Below are positions 24,211 to 38,194 of a DNA stretch of 64,000 nt, one piece after another. Location: NCBI GenBank assembly GCA_013239625.1, contig MU053448.1, positions 372,001 to 436,000 on the forward strand, read 5' to 3'. This DNA is from Lama guanicoe. Lineage: Eukaryota. The first letter of the stretch is position 1. The number at the start of each line of letters is the position of its first letter. The position numbers were made by a program, and so were the translations under genes. The notes under the pieces are model-generated. The model did no database searches and had not been told where the DNA came from. It saw only the letters and a program-made list of their open reading frames with translations.

Positions 24211-25555
24211 CTTAGTATTTTATCACTTTAATTGGAATGTAGAAACCTTACCTTGTCCCTCTTTGTTAGGGTTCTATTATATGTTACATCCACATGCTTT
24301 GAGAACCTTATTAGACAATGTTTGCATTTTTACCTTCAATCATCAAACTTAAAGAAGCCAAGAGAAGTGGAATTTATTACATTTACTCAGGTGTATGCCA
24401 CTGCTGTTGCTCATTCTTCATTCTGGCTATTTCAGATTTCCTTCTGGTATTGTTTGCCTTGTTCTTAAGATCTTCCTTCAGTAATTATATTAAAACAGGT
24501 CTACTGACTACAAATTCCAATTTTCTTCATTTAAGAATGATGCATTTTTTTGCTAAATATAGAATTCTAGTTGATAGTTGTTATGTTTCAGTACTAAATT
24601 AAAAAAAAAGTAGAACCTTACTCTCAGGCCTTGTACCACAGTTGGCCTTTTGATGCCATGCCATCAGTTTCAGCCTTGGTGATGACTGACTTTTCGGGAG
24701 TAGGAGACTTGCCCCCTAGGAGGTGAGACAAGGATAAGGCAGTTGAGGCCTCGTGTTGTGCTCTTAGTGTATGTAGAGACATATCGCCTTGAGTTATATT
24801 TTGGTATATATAAATTTGGTATTTATATTTCTATTTGGCTATATTACATTTTGGTAGATTCCTAGGGTCCTTTAGCCCAAAAAGAGCAACTCTAAGGTTT
24901 TGGCCCAAGGGTTTGTAGAAATACGCACATGGGGCCATTTGTTGGCCAGGACATCCAGTGCTAAGACAAACTGCTTGAAATGAAGTTTGGCCATTTGTGG
25001 GTTCCATTCTTATTGGGGACACCCTGGCTAAGGGCTGGAGGCAGCAGCAGCCCACTGTGCTCTACCACATATGGTGGCGGTGATGCTATGTGTCAGTGTG
25101 TGGACTCCCTGCACTGTTCAGTCAGTTGATCTAACGGGCTCCGCCAGTAGCTCTGAAGTCTGGAGAAGGGTGACTTCCAGCACTGTGGCATCTGGCGAGG
25201 GACTGAGGACAGGGGAGACCACCCGTCCTGCAGACTCAGTATGCTGGGGCCCCGGGTTTGGTTTGATGCTGTAACTGTGCTGAGCTTGTGGAGTGCTGCT
25301 TCCATGACCCAAAGCACAGTGGGGAGCTGGGTGTGAAGGGCCACGGACTCAGGGCTGTTGGGAGCCTCAGCATATGGCCGGCAGTTTCCACGCTAGTGAG
25401 GTATATATGGTGTCGGGCTGAGAAGGGCTGCTTCTTGCATCTGGAGCCTCAGGCCAACATGTAGTCATCATATGTGGTCCAGAGACGCCATGGAGTGTGT
25501 GAGGAGGCTGCTGAAGCCTTTTCTGTGAAGGGGTGTCTGACAACACTAAGGGAGA

Positions 25556-25971
25556 GTGTCTGTTAATTCCCTGGGGCTGCTGTGACACAGTACCACTGCC
25601 TGGTGGCGTAAACAACAGAGCTGTATTGTCTCACAGCTTTGGAAGCTGCAAGTGTGAAATCAAGGTGCTGGCAGGGTTATTTCCTTCGGAGGATGGTGAG
25701 AGAAAGGTCTGTCCCAGGTCCTTTTCCTTGGCTTGTAGGTGGTCATGTTCTCCCTGTGTCTTTATATTGTCGTTCCTCTGTGCGTGTCTGTCTGTGTTAA
25801 GATTTCCTCTTTTGGTAAGGACACCGGGCATGTTGTATTAGAGCCCACCTCGTGACCTCATCTTAATTTGATTATCTGCAAAGACCCTATTAACAAATAT
25901 GGCCACATTCACACATACTGGAGGCTAGGACTTAAACATCTTTGCGGGGGAACCCAGTTCAACCCATAACA
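25556..25971 (-). mobile_element. MLT1A/B/C-like MaLR LTR
   Basis: gggctgctgtgacacagtaccac...gaaatcaaggtgctggcaggg...taaggacacc...cagttcaacccataaca. Confidence 0.82.
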
Positions 25972-27036
25972 GGCCCCATATTTGTCAAGCCAATTTGTAA
26001 TTGCTTAAACACTTGGTTTAATTTTAATTTATTACTCGTTGTGTCAGAGTGTCCATGCCCGCTATGGGATATTTTGGGGCGGTGGGTGCTGTGACCATGG
26101 GGAATTTCGGCAGGGCCCTGGGCTTTCCTTGGGCTTGGATTAACCCCTTTACTGGGCCCACTGCTACCCTGGGTGTTTTCCCCACAACCTTGGGGATCAG
26201 GAGCTTTGTTTTGACAGAGCCGTGGGCAGCGGAGTGGTGCAGTGGGAGGGTGCTGAGCTCCCAACCCAGAGGTGGATGCATGGAAACCATCCCCGGCTGC
26301 AGCCTCGCCTTTCCCTGCAGTGCACGCCCCCTTCTCCCTGCCCCTCCCCACACTCTCTACGTTTCCCCAGTAGTTTAGATTTCAAGCTGAGTAAACCTGG
26401 GCTGTGGGTTCCTGTCTCTGTCCAGTCACTGGTAGTGAGGATCTTCTGTGTGGTTATGGGGAAGATTTGGGGTCCTAGGGACCCGTCTCTTCTTCCTGGG
26501 AGAGCCCCCGGGGTTGGGATCCACATCCAGTAAGGTCATTTTTTTCTTTGCCCTGATGAGGGTCAAATGGAGGAATGTAGGAGCTGGCCCCACATCCCCC
26601 ACACAGATGTGGGTACTCCCCTGTCACAGAGCGGGCTGGAGGTGGGCTTCTGAGCTTTTACTGAGGATGGAACCGAAGCTGAGAGACGGTAACTGACCTC
26701 AAGCCTTGTTGCTTGTACAGATTAAATTCCAACAATCAGGTTTCCAGTCTAGGGTGCCTCTCTCACACTTGGGAAAAAACCAAAAATGAACAAATCTCTG
26801 TCCTTAATCACAAAGTCAGTAATGACTATTTCATTTTTCAATTTTTAGTGAAAAGTAGTATGTGAAAAACACAAGCGCCAAAGTTATTTGGCCTTTCTCT
26901 CGTCTTATTTTTTAAAAAGCTTTAATTCTGCACAGCCTTAATTTGTTACAGTGAGAGTGGCTGTGGTATCTAAAATAACCGTTGTTGTTTGGTCAGTTGC
27001 ATTTGCTTTGCCCGATTGTAAAAGTTTTGCCTTCTA

Positions 27037-27253
27037 GCCAGTGTTTTTCAGTCTTGACTGAATATTAGAAACACGCGGGAACTTAGAAATGCTGGTTCCC
27101 AGGCCACACTCCAGACCACCTGAATCAGAATCTCAGGTGATGGAACTCAGGCTTGATGTGTGTACGTGTGCACGTGTGAGCGCGTGCTTGTGTGTCTGTC
27201 TGTGTATCCCCCTCACCCCCTGCTTCTGATGTACCGTGAGAGTTGAGAACCTG
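27037..27253. mobile_element. MER5-like hAT-Charlie element with internal (RY)n tract
   Basis: cagtgtttttca...ttcccaggccacactccagaccacctgaatcagaatctc...gttgagaacc. Confidence 0.6.
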
Positions 27254-28302
27254 ATTCCAAGCCTGACTTTTTCTAATGACTGAGCAAATCTGTTGTGCTT
27301 AATTTAGAGGTTCTATATGGTTTTATATTTGTAATGAATAAAACTGTACACATTACCAAAAATCTGTATTTAATGCCCAAGAGGTTGTTGGATATTTCTA
27401 AATAGAAAAGAGAGGTACTGTTAACTGTAACTGTGGCAGGAGGTTGAAAGAAAGACATTTGAAGTGTACTGGTGACAAGGGTCCTTTCTTGGGCCTCAGG
27501 GGCAGAGGGTTGAGTTAATGACACTCTTCAGTTCCTGGCACAACATTTCTAAGTCCGTATTTTTAAACGTTTTTCGGTTGAATCGGTTTGTTTTTATGCC
27601 ATTATAAGACATTCTGGTGTCTAATGTGCATGCATTGTAAATTTGTGTAAATGAACTATGTGGTTCCTTGGCCTGGGTTTTGTTCCCTTTGCCAGGCCAG
27701 TTGTGTCTGGGGAGCAGTGGCCGCTGCGGGTCTTTGCCCTCCACATCCTCCTGACCACCAGCCGGGGTGAGAGCTCTGTGGGCATAGCCCTTGAGGGACC
27801 TGGAGGACCTTCCATGTAACTCAGCCGCCCTAGATTGCTCTGCAGGCTGACTGCGGGGTCCGCCCTCCCTCCAGCTGCGTGTGAAGATTTGTGCCTCTGG
27901 ACCCAGAGTTCTGCTGACGCGTGGCATTATTTCGTTATTGAACTTAGCATTGAGGGCTTACTCCCTGGTATGCATTGTAAGCACTTGGGGTCTAGCAGAG
28001 AGCAAAACCAGATGAAAAAGGAAAAAAAAAATTCTACCTTGGAGTTTATATTTTGACTTTCTAACAAGTGCCAATTTGATGAGTGTAAAGTAATATTTCA
28101 TTGTTTTAATTTTTTTCTAAATATGAATTTGAGTATCTCTTCATAGCATTATCTAGTTGGGGTTCCTTCTATTGGATATCTGATATTTTTCTTACAGAAT
28201 GTGGGAGTTTCTTGACTATTTGCCCCTTGTTGGTTTTATATATTTTTAGATACTCCTCACTGTTTGGGATATGATATACCCTCTTTTACAGATTTAGATG
28301 TA

Positions 28303-28499
28303 GAGTTGACCCCAACAACACAGGTTTGAACTACGCGGGTCCACTTATAAGCTGATTTTTTTTTTCAGTAGTTAATTCTGCGACACTGCGTGATCCTTGA
28401 TGGCTTGAATTGTTGGATATGATAAAACTGTGGGTATGGAGGGCCACCTGTAAGTTACATGCAGATTTTTGACTGCATATGCTGTTCAAAGATCAACCG
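28303..28499. mobile_element. Tigger2-family MITE, second copy
   Basis: TA-flanked. gagttgacccc...aacacaggtttgaactacgcgggtccacttata ... gctgttcaaagatcaaccg; homologous to 13191-13358. Confidence 0.75.
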
Positions 28500-29189
28500 T
28501 ATATTTCTAATTATGTCATATAGCAAGTAGTTCATTTAGGAAGGGCCTTCTAGGATAGGACACATTTACACCTCAAGGTTAAGATTAGTTCTCTCTTAAC
28601 ATGCTGTGTAAGGAGTTTCCATGACGTTTGTTCTTGACTGAAACTTGTCATTGGCCTCAAGTCAGGGCTCTCAGTTTTCTCCTGTGTGCCAGTGCTCTTG
28701 AATTATGCTCGTGTCAGAAGTCATGGCCCTGTGTAGCCCTGGTTCTCAGTTGGTGGTGGAGCCAGGAAATGTATAGAGTTGGAAATAATTTTAAAATCAT
28801 ATTCCCATTCTCCATCCTCCCTTCCCGTGGACACACAGCATCTGGAAATCACTGGATAAAAGCAATTAATGTACACATCAAAGATTAAGTTTCTTGAAAT
28901 GTGGTAAGAAATTGATGGCATATTTTGGAGGACATGCTTCAAAGAAGAATTTGAGTGATACATTGATTTCTTTATTAAAAAGGTCACTGGACCATTTATT
29001 ACTTCATAAATCACACTGTAGCTGACGAGTCATGTAATTTTTTTTCCCCCAATCCCCAAGTGGTCAGCTAGTGATGTGTGTTGTTACCTAACCTTTCCAT
29101 TTCTGGGGCGACCTTTGCAAAGAGATGGGCAAGTGGATGACATGTTTTAAAAGGCAAGTTATACACTTAAATTTTTTTTAATTTTCCAG

Positions 29190-29327
29190 ATGATGGTATT
29201 GATACTCAGATTGGAACCAAGAAAGAAGATCTGAATGACAAAGAGAAAAAAGATGAGGAGGAAACTCCTGCACCTGCATATAGGGCCAAGTCAATCCTAG
29301 AGAGCTGGGTATGGGGCAAGCAACCAG
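29190..29327 (+). CDS. HERC2: HERC2 exon 4 (138 nt), DDGIDTQIGTKKEDLNDKEKKDEEETPAPAYRAKSILESWVWGKQP
   Basis: ttttccag| acceptor, CAG|GTATTA donor, phase 1 to 1. Confidence 0.96.
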
Positions 29328-29404
29328 GTATTATGATCTGAGATGCTGGTATTTTGAAAGCTTGATCTGGTACTGATTTTCTAGATACTGTAGATGGGGT
29401 GGGT

Positions 29405-30420
29405 TTTTTGTTTGTTTGTTTGTTTGTTTGGCTCAGGAAACTTTATTTAATTGAATTATAGTTGATTTGTAATGTTATGTTAGTTTTTGCTGCATGATGT
29501 TAGTGATTCAGTTTATATACATATGTGCCTTTTCATATTCTTTTTCATTGTAGTTTATTAAAAGATGTTGAATATAGTTCCCTGTGCTATACAGTAGGAC
29601 CTTGTTATTTGTCTGTTTTATATATAGTAGTTAGTATCTGCAAATCCCAAACTCCCAATTTATCCTTCCCCACACCCTTTCCCCTCTGGTAACCATTAGT
29701 TTGTTTTCTGTGTCTGTGAGTCTGTTTTGTAAATAAGTTCACTTGTGTCATTTTTTTTTTAAGATTCCACATATAAGTGATATCATATGGTATTTTTCTT
29801 TGTCTTTCTGGCTTCACTTAGCATGACCATCTCCAGGTCCATCCATGTTGCTGCAAATGGCATTACTTTATTCTTTTTTTACAGCTGAGTAGTGTTCCAT
29901 TGTGTAAATATACCACAACTTCTTTATCCAGTCATCTGTCAGTGGACATTTAGGTTGCTTCCATGTCTTGTCTGTTGTAAATAGTGCTGCTGTGAACATT
30001 GGGGTATGTGTATCTTTTCGAATTAGTTTCCCTTGATATATACCCAGGGGTGTGATTGCTGGATCGTATGGTAAGTCTGTTTTTAGTTTTTTAAGGAATC
30101 TCCATACTGTTTCTCTATAATGGCTGCACCAAACTACATTCCCACCAGCAGTGTAGGAGGGTTCTCTTTTCTCCACAACTTCTCCAGCATTTATTGTTTA
30201 TGGACTTTTGAATGATGGCCATTCTGACTGATGTGAAGTGATGCCCTTTTGTAGTCTTGATTTGCATTTCTCTGATAATTAGTGATATTGAGCATTTTTT
30301 TCATATGCCTATTGGCCATTTGGAAATCTTGATTGGAGAAATATTTGTTTCGGTCTTCTGCCCATTTTTTGATTGAATTGTTATTTTTTGCTGTTGAGTT
30401 GTATGAGCTGTTTGCATATG
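29405..30420 (-). mobile_element. 5'-truncated L1 (ORF2 end + 3'UTR) just downstream of exon 4
   Basis: ORF 29868..30176 ([18 protein letters not shown]...WKQPKCPLTDDWIKK). (GTTT)n tail. Confidence 0.9.
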
Positions 30421-30444
30421 GGTCATGGAATTTTAAAAAATTGA

Positions 30445-31045
30445 ACTTAAAATTTTTTTATATTGTGGTGGACCATACATAGCATATACATTTTACCATT
30501 TCAGTCAGTTTTAAACATACAGTTCAGGGACATTAAATACATAACATACTGTTGTGCAGTTATGACCACCATCCATTGCCAGAGCCTCTTCATCTTCCAA
30601 AACTGAAACTTTTGTTCTTTTGTATTTAAATGATAGCTCCCTTTTCTTCCCTACCCCCAGCCTCTGGAAACCACTGTTCTACTTCATGTTTTCAGTGTTT
30701 TGACTAGTCTAGTTACTTTGTATAAGTAGAATTATATAATATTTGTCCATTTATATCTGGCTTGTTACTTTATTTAGCATAATGTCTTCAAGATTCATCC
30801 ATGTTGTAGCATGTGTCAGAATTTCCTTCTTTAGGGCTGAACAGTAGTCTGCTGTATGTGTATACCACATTTTGTTCATCCATTCATCCATGGATGGGCA
30901 TTTGGATTGCTTTTACCTTTTGGCTGTTGTGAATAGTGCTGCTAGAAACATAAGTGTACACAAGTTTCAGTCTCTGCTTTCAATTCATTGTGTTCATACC
31001 TAGGGTCATGTGGAAATGCTGGATTGTGTGGTAATTCTGTTTAGC
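30445..31045 (-). mobile_element. Older L1MA/MB 3' end
   Basis: ttaccatttcagtcagttttaaacatacagttca...aatgtcttcaagattcatccatgttgtagcatgtgtcagaatttccttc. Confidence 0.75.
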
Positions 31046-31049
31046 TTTT

Positions 31050-34000
31050 TCTTCCTTCCAGTTTTATTGAGAGATGATTGACATGTAGCACTGTATAAGT
31101 TTAAGGTGTACAGTATCAGTGATTTGACATATATGTATGTGTCATGAAATGATGACCACAGAAAGTTTAGTGAACATCCATCATCTTATATAGATATAAA
31201 ATTGAAGAAATGGGAAAAAAAATTTTCCTTGTGATGAGAAATCTTAGGGTTTACTCTCTCAACAACTTTCCTACATAATAGACAGCACTGTTAATTAACA
31301 TTTATCATGTTGCACGTTACATCCCTGGTACTTATTTATCCTATAGCTAGAAATTTGTACCTTTTGACCTTCCTCATCCCATTCTCACACATCTCCACCC
31401 CCTGCCTCTGATAACCACAAATCTGATCTCTTTTCCTATGGGTTTGTGTTTGAAGTATAACCTACTTCACTATGTTAGTCCGTGTTACACAACTTGATAC
31501 TTCTGTACATTTCAAAATGATCACCACAGTGAATCTAGTTATGATGTTACCTAATTATTGACTGTATTCCCTACACTGTACATTTCACACCCGTGACTCA
31601 TTTCTTTTGCAGCTAGTTGTCTGTACGTCCTAATCTCACTCACCTATCTCTCCACCCATCCCCAACTCCTCTCCCTTCTGGCAACTACCTGTTTGTTCTC
31701 TGTATCTGTGACTGTTCATGTCTAGTTATGTTTATTTACTTGTTTTACTCTTTAGATTCCACATGTAAGTGAAATCATATAGTATTTGTGTTTCTCTGAC
31801 TTACTTCATTTGGCATAATACGTTCTAGGTCCATCTGTGTTGTCACAAATGGCAAGATTTCATTCTTTTTTATTGCTAAGTAATATTCCATGTGTGTGCG
31901 TGTCTACATCTCTATCTGTATCTATCACATCTTCTTTATCCATTCATTTATTGATGGGCATTGAGGTTGCTTCCATATCTTGGCAACTGTAAATAATGCT
32001 GCTATGAACATAGGAGTACTTAAATCTTTTCTAATTAGTGTTTTTGTTCTCTTCGTGTAAATACCCAGAAGTGGAATTGCTGGATCATGTGGTAGTTCTG
32101 TTTTTAATTGTTTTGAGACATCTCTGTACTATTTTCCATAGTGGCTGTACCAGTTCATAGTCCTACCAGGGTTCCCTTTTTTCCAGTTCCTCGCCATTTT
32201 AGGCCAGTGTTTCGTTATTGGTTTCCTCTATGGATGATCTGTCCATTGATGTAAGTGAGGTGTTTAAGCCCCCTACTGTTACTGTGTTACTGTTAATTTC
32301 TCCCTTTATGGTTGCTGTTATTTGCTTTATGTATGTAGGTGGTCCTATGTTGGATGGATATATATTTACAATTGTTATGTCTTCTTCTTAGATTGATCCC
32401 TTGATCATTACATAATGTCCTTTTTCTCTTGTAATAGTGTTTGTCTATTTTGTCTGGTATTAGTATTGCTACCCTATCTTTTATTTTCATCTGTAGTAGC
32501 ATAGAATACCATTTTCCATCCTCTCACTTTCAGTCTGCGTATGTTTATAGATCTGAAGTGAGTCTCTTGTAGGCAGCTTATTTATGGGGTTTGTCTCTTT
32601 TGTCTATATTCAGCCACTCTGTATCTTGTGAATGGAACATTTAGTCTTTTTACATTTAAAGTAATTATTGACAAGTGTATATTTATGCCATTTTGTTAAT
32701 TGTTTTGGGGTTGTTTTTGTAGTCCTGTGCTGTCCCTGTCATTGTCTTCTGCTCTCTTGCCTTGTGACTTGATGACTGTCTTTGGTATTATGTTTGATTT
32801 ACCTATTCTTTGTGTGTGTGTGTGTGCATTTATCACAGATTTTTAGTTCGTACTTACCATGTGGTTTGTATATGGTAATTGTTTTCAGTTACTGAGTTCT
32901 TAAGATGAAATGCAAATCTGAACAAGAGCCTTGCTGGGTAGAGAATTCTTGATTGTAGGTTTTCCTCTTTCATCGCTTTAAATATATTGTCCATTTTCAT
33001 CTGGCCTGCAGTTTCTGCCGAAAAGTCGGCTGTTAGCCATGTGGGAATTTACTTGTACACACTTGCTGCTTTTCTCTTGTTGTTTTTAATATTCTCTTTA
33101 ACTTTAATTTTCGCCATTTTAATTGCCGTGTATCTTGGCATGTCCTTTTCGGGTTCATCCTGTGTGGAAGTCTCTTTGTTTCCAGGATCTTGACGTCTGT
33201 TTCCTTCCCCAGGTTAGGGGAGTTTTTAGCAACTATGTATTCAAGTAAGTTCTCTGTCTTTTATCTCTCTCTTTTCTGAGACCCTTATAATGCAAATATT
33301 TGAACATTTGATGTTGTCCCAGGGGCCTATTAAACTGTCCACATTTTCAAAAATTATTTTTTCTGCTCAGCTTGAGTGATTTCCAGTACTCTGTCTTCCT
33401 GTTTGCCTATCCTTTCCTCTTCGTTAAAATTCTCACTGTGTTTATCCAGTCTTCTCCCAAGTTACTTGAACATCTTTTTGATCATTACCTTGAGCTCTTT
33501 ATTGGGTAGATTGGTTATCTCCACTTCACTTAGTTCTTCTGGGGATTTATCTTGTTCCTTCCTGTTAGGAACATGTTCCTCTGTCACTTCATTTTGCCTA
33601 ATTCACTGTTTTTATTTGAATTTGATAGGTTCATTTCCTGATCTTGGAGAAAGTGGCCTTTTGCAGGGCACATCCCGTGCATCTCAGAAGCATATTCCCT
33701 TCTTGTTACTAGAGCTATATGCTCTAGGGGTGCCCCTTATGTGTGTTGTGTGGGACCTTTGATTTTAGTGGGCTGGGCTTGGTCTGGTAGGCAGGCCCAG
33801 ATCCCGACACAGCTGACTGAGAGACGTCCCAAGATGTCCTGGTGCTGGTGTTGGCCCACTGGTGGGTGTAATGGTGCCCAGGGAGTCCCTGGATTGGTGC
33901 TGGCCTGCTGAAGGCGAGGCCAGGGCCTGGAGCTAGTGCTGGCTCACTGCTGGAGGTAGGGTCTTTGTTCACGGAGCCTGGGGTTCCCAGAGCTGGTGTC

Positions 34001-34940
34001 TGCCACCTGGTGGGTGAGGCTGGTCCCAGAGCTAGTACTGGCCCACTGGTGTGTGGAGCTGGGTCTTGGGATCTCTTGCTATAGGGACCTAAGGTCCAGA
34101 ATTGGTGTTGGCTCACATATGAGTGGGCTGCATCCTGGGCTCTCTGGTGGACGTGGTTGTATCTAGGGAAACTGGGGTTCAGGGGATCCAAGACAGTTGG
34201 CCTGTTGATCAGTGGGTCTGTGTTCTCGTCCAGTTAGTTGCTTGATCTGGGGAGTCCAGTACTGGTGTTGACAGGGCTGGATCCTGGCACTCATGAGCTA
34301 GAAGGAGGATTTCAAGATGGTGTTTGCCAGCTCCAGTGTCCTCGTGGTAGAAAAAGCTCTGAAAAATGGCTCTGCCAGCGTCTGTGTCCCCAGGGTGAGC
34401 TCCACTTGACTCTTGTCTTCCCAGGAGACTTAAGATCAGCAAATGGGTCTGAGCGAGACTCTTTTCAAATTACTGCTTCTGCCCTGGGTCTCAGAGTGTG
34501 TGAGATTTTTGTGTGCATCCTTTAAGATGGAGTCTCTTATTTCCCACAGCCCTCTGGGTCTCTCAGAAGTGAGCCCTGCTGGCTTTAAAAGCCAAACATT
34601 CTGGGGGCTCGTATTCCCAGTATATCACCCTTCCGCCATGCTGGGGAGCCTGATGTGGGTCTCAGACCTCTCTCTCCTTGGGGAGAGCTTTTGCAATTGT
34701 GATTAACCTCCCATTTGTGGGTTGCCCGCCTGAGGGTATGGGTCTTGACTGTACCGCATCTCCATCCTTCCTTCTGATATTGGGGTTCCTTCTTTATATC
34801 TTTATGTGTAGAAGATCTTTTTTGCCAGTCTGCAGGTTTTTCTCATCAATATTTGTTCTGAAATTGTTGTAATTTTGATGTGCCCTTGGGAGGAGGTGAG
34901 CTCAGTTTCTTCCTACTCCACCATCTTGGCCACTCCCTCC
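31050..34940 (-). mobile_element. L1 with 3'UTR, endonuclease fragment, ORF1 remnant and 5'UTR (large internal ORF2 gap)
   Basis: 3'UTR at 31050-32190; EN peptide VAILIPDKID (ORF 32293..32502); GC-rich 5'UTR ~33700-34940 with 5' terminus GGGAGTGGCCAAGATGGTGGAGTAG. Confidence 0.75.
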
Positions 34941-34949
34941 TGTGGGAAT

Positions 34950-36720
34950 GCTTTTAAAAATATTTGGTAGCATTCTCCAGTGAAACCATCTGGGCTGTTA
35001 AGATCTGCTGTATATTTAGTCACTCCTACGCTGGGTGCATAAGTATTTACAAATGTTATATCCTCTTGTTGGACTCACATCTTTGTCATTATGTAATGCT
35101 CTTCTTTGTCTTTTATTACAGTTTTGTTTTAAAATCTGTTTGTCTGATACAAGTATAGGTACCCTAGCTTTCTTTTAGTTTTCGTTTGCTTGGAATATCT
35201 TTTTCCACCCCTTCACTTTCAGTCTGTGTGTTGTGTCCTTATGCCTGAAGGGAGTCTCTGGTAGGAGTCTTTTTTTTTTTTTTAATTTTTATTGAGATGT
35301 AGTTGATGTACATACTCTGTGTCTTTTTATTGGCAGATTTACTCCATTTACATTTAGAGTATTATTGGCATGTTTGTTTTTATTGCCATTATGCCAATTG
35401 TTTTGTTAAGTTTCTCTTCTTCTGTGATTTGATGGCTCTCTTTAATGGCATTCTCATTATCTTTTGTGTATCTACTATAGTTTTTTCTTTTGTGGCTACC
35501 TTGCGGCATACGCGTGACAGCTTGTTATTGCAGTCTACTTGTAACAACCTAATTTTGAGCACATTTTAAGCTTTACATTTTTATCCTCCCTCCCATGTTT
35601 TATGTATTTGATGTCATAATTTACAACTTTGTATCTTGTGTGTCCCTTAAGTATTTTAGTTGCAGTTATTTTTACTGCTTTTGTCTTGTAGCTTTTATAC
35701 TCAGCTTATAAATTATTAATCAACTATTTTATTATGTATTTACTTTTACCTTCAATTGTTTTCTTGTTACTAACTAATCCCTTTTCTTTTCAGCTTAAAA
35801 GACTCTTTTTACCATTTCTAAAAAGGCTGCTTTAATTATAATGTGTTTTGTCGTGGGTGTCTTTAGGTTCCTGTTTTTTGGAACTCTCTGGACTTCCTGT
35901 ATCTCAATGTTCGTTTCCTTCTGCAAGTTAGGGAATTTTTCAGTTATATTACTTCAGATAAATTTTCTGCCCCTTCCTCTGCCTTGTCTCCTTCTGGGAT
36001 CCTGATAATGTGAATCTTAGTCCACTTGATACTGTATTGTATATCCCTTAAGCTATTTTCACATTTTTAAATTCTTTTTTCTTTTTGTTGCTCAGAGTGG
36101 GTGAATTGCAGTGCTTTGTCTTGGAGTTTGCTGATCCTTCCTGCTGCTTCACGTAGTGTGCTGCTGAACCCCTCTAGTGTATTTTTCAGTTCAGCGCAGT
36201 TTTATTTTGCAAGGGTATTTTCTCTCTTTATTCAGATTAGGCAACTTCTGTCTTCTAATTTAGTGATTTATCTTTTTTTCTCATTCTACTGTTGAGTCCG
36301 TTCACCAGATTTTTAATTTTGATTATTAAAATTTTCATTTCCAATTTTCCATTTGGTTCTTTTTTTTTTTAATAATAAATCTCCTTTTTTTTGGTCTTAG
36401 GTTTTCTATTTTTTCATGTTTCAAGCATGTTTACTGGTGCTTTTTGAAGCATTTTTATCATGGCCACTTTAAAATCTTTGTCAGAGTATTCTAACATCTC
36501 TGTCATCTTGGTATTTCCATCTATTGATGGTCTATTTTTTTTTAATCTTTTAGATTTTGAGATAACCAAGATTTACATACAGCTATTAAAAAAAAACAGA
36601 GATATTGATTGTCTTTTTAAAATTCATTTTGAGATCTTCCTGGGTCTTGGTATGATGAGTGAGTTTCTGTTGAAACATGGACCTCTTCATGTAATGTTCT
36701 GAGCCTCTGTTTCGTTGGCT
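34950..36720 (-). mobile_element. Mosaic of degraded L1M ORF2/ORF1 fragments
   Basis: tatttggtagcattctccagtgaaaccatctgggc; ttggaatatctttttccaccccttcactttcagtctgtgtg; gttagggaatttttcagttatatt. Confidence 0.65.
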
Positions 36721-38194
36721 TTCTGTGATGGTGTTCTGGCTGGGCAAGAGTGTGATGTACCTTGTTACTGCCAGGTGGCGGTGGAAGTTCTACTGGCTCC
36801 CCACATGGTCCCATGATTTGTTTGTTTCTTTCTTTATTCACCCACTTGTTTCAAAGTGTCCTACGATGAATGACTGGCTGGCTAGGCATTCAGGCTTGGG
36901 CAAGGCAGACACAGGTCAGACACCAGGGAGAAGAGCATGCAGGTGGTCAAAGGCCTGAGTGCTCACTTTGAGCTTCATGGTTGTTTCTGGGCTTTGCAGC
37001 TAAAGAGAGGAGAGTCATGTTATTATTTAAAAGTAGAAAAACAAACAAATAAAAAGAAAAGGAAAAAACGAAGAGAAAAAAATAAAAAGGAAGAAAAATT
37101 TTTTAAAGTAGGAAACTGACTATTGAGAAAGGTGAAGCTTTTTCTAGAGCTGATTTCTGAAAGAAATTCTGCACAGGGGATGTGTAGATGACCTGTCCTT
37201 GCAGGGCTGTCTCAGTGAAGCCCCACATGTATCTGCAGGGACCCAGGCACCTCTCCGTGCTCCGTGTGAAGGGTAGGGATGGTACCTCATGTGTAAATCT
37301 TTCTGCTGCTTCATCTTGAGCCCAATGTGGAATTTAAAGTGTTTTTTTTTTTCATCTAGTTTTCTGTTAAGTGCTAACTTTCTTAAGTAGTGGAGCTTTC
37401 CAGACCTAGCATCCAACCCCTGGTGTCTGGATGTTCATTTCTGTGCCAGAGCAACTGGGTGGAGAGAGAAGCTTTGTCCTGCTGGCCTCCCTAGAGAGTG
37501 GTGAGGTGTGTCCATTCGATGCCCCCTGTGATCTCCTCTCCCATAGGAAATACATGTTCAGGTCATGGGTAGGCAAAAAAGCAGCGTCTTCCATATAGGA
37601 GTCTTTAGGGGTGTGATTGTTGTCTTGTAGAATGTGAGACTGCCAGACTGATGACTGTTTTTGCTTCATGGCTGATAAATGTCAGAGACAGAAGACAAGC
37701 ACAGGACACATCCCCTGCTATCACCACCACTGGGTGCTCTGCTCTACTGGTGTAGGGAGTTGGCAGAAGGCCACTTAATTTACAGTTTAACTTAAGGCAG
37801 CTTTGTGGTTAATTGCAAGACTAGACTCTGAATTATTTTCATTTATGTAATTTTCTTCTAGGGACTTAAAAATAAGACCTTAATTGTAGAAGTTTTCAAA
37901 CATACACAGTAGAGAGAATAGTATAATGAAGTACCACTTAACAGTAGCACATTCTAACAAGTTATTTTATTGTCCTTTGAAATAATCCCCTAAATGTTAC
38001 CTTTCATGAGCCAGGTATGCTGGGAAATTTGTTGAAATTTTGTTTTTATTTTGCATTTGGTTTCATAGCATGAAAATGGTGTAGAGTTTTCTCTACACCG
38101 TTTCTCTGAAATGTGTTGCTTGGGAAGTATTGACTTTGTAATTTTGTGTTAAAATTTTTTATACCGTGTTAACAGGGGGCAGTATACTATGGTG

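Noticed and set aside
29190..29222. Exon 4 is one codon longer than human (DDGIDTQIGTK versus DDSVEPSGTK as recalled)
   Set aside because: As I recall, mouse also has the longer form, so it is probably ancestral rather than a camelid novelty; not verified by alignment.
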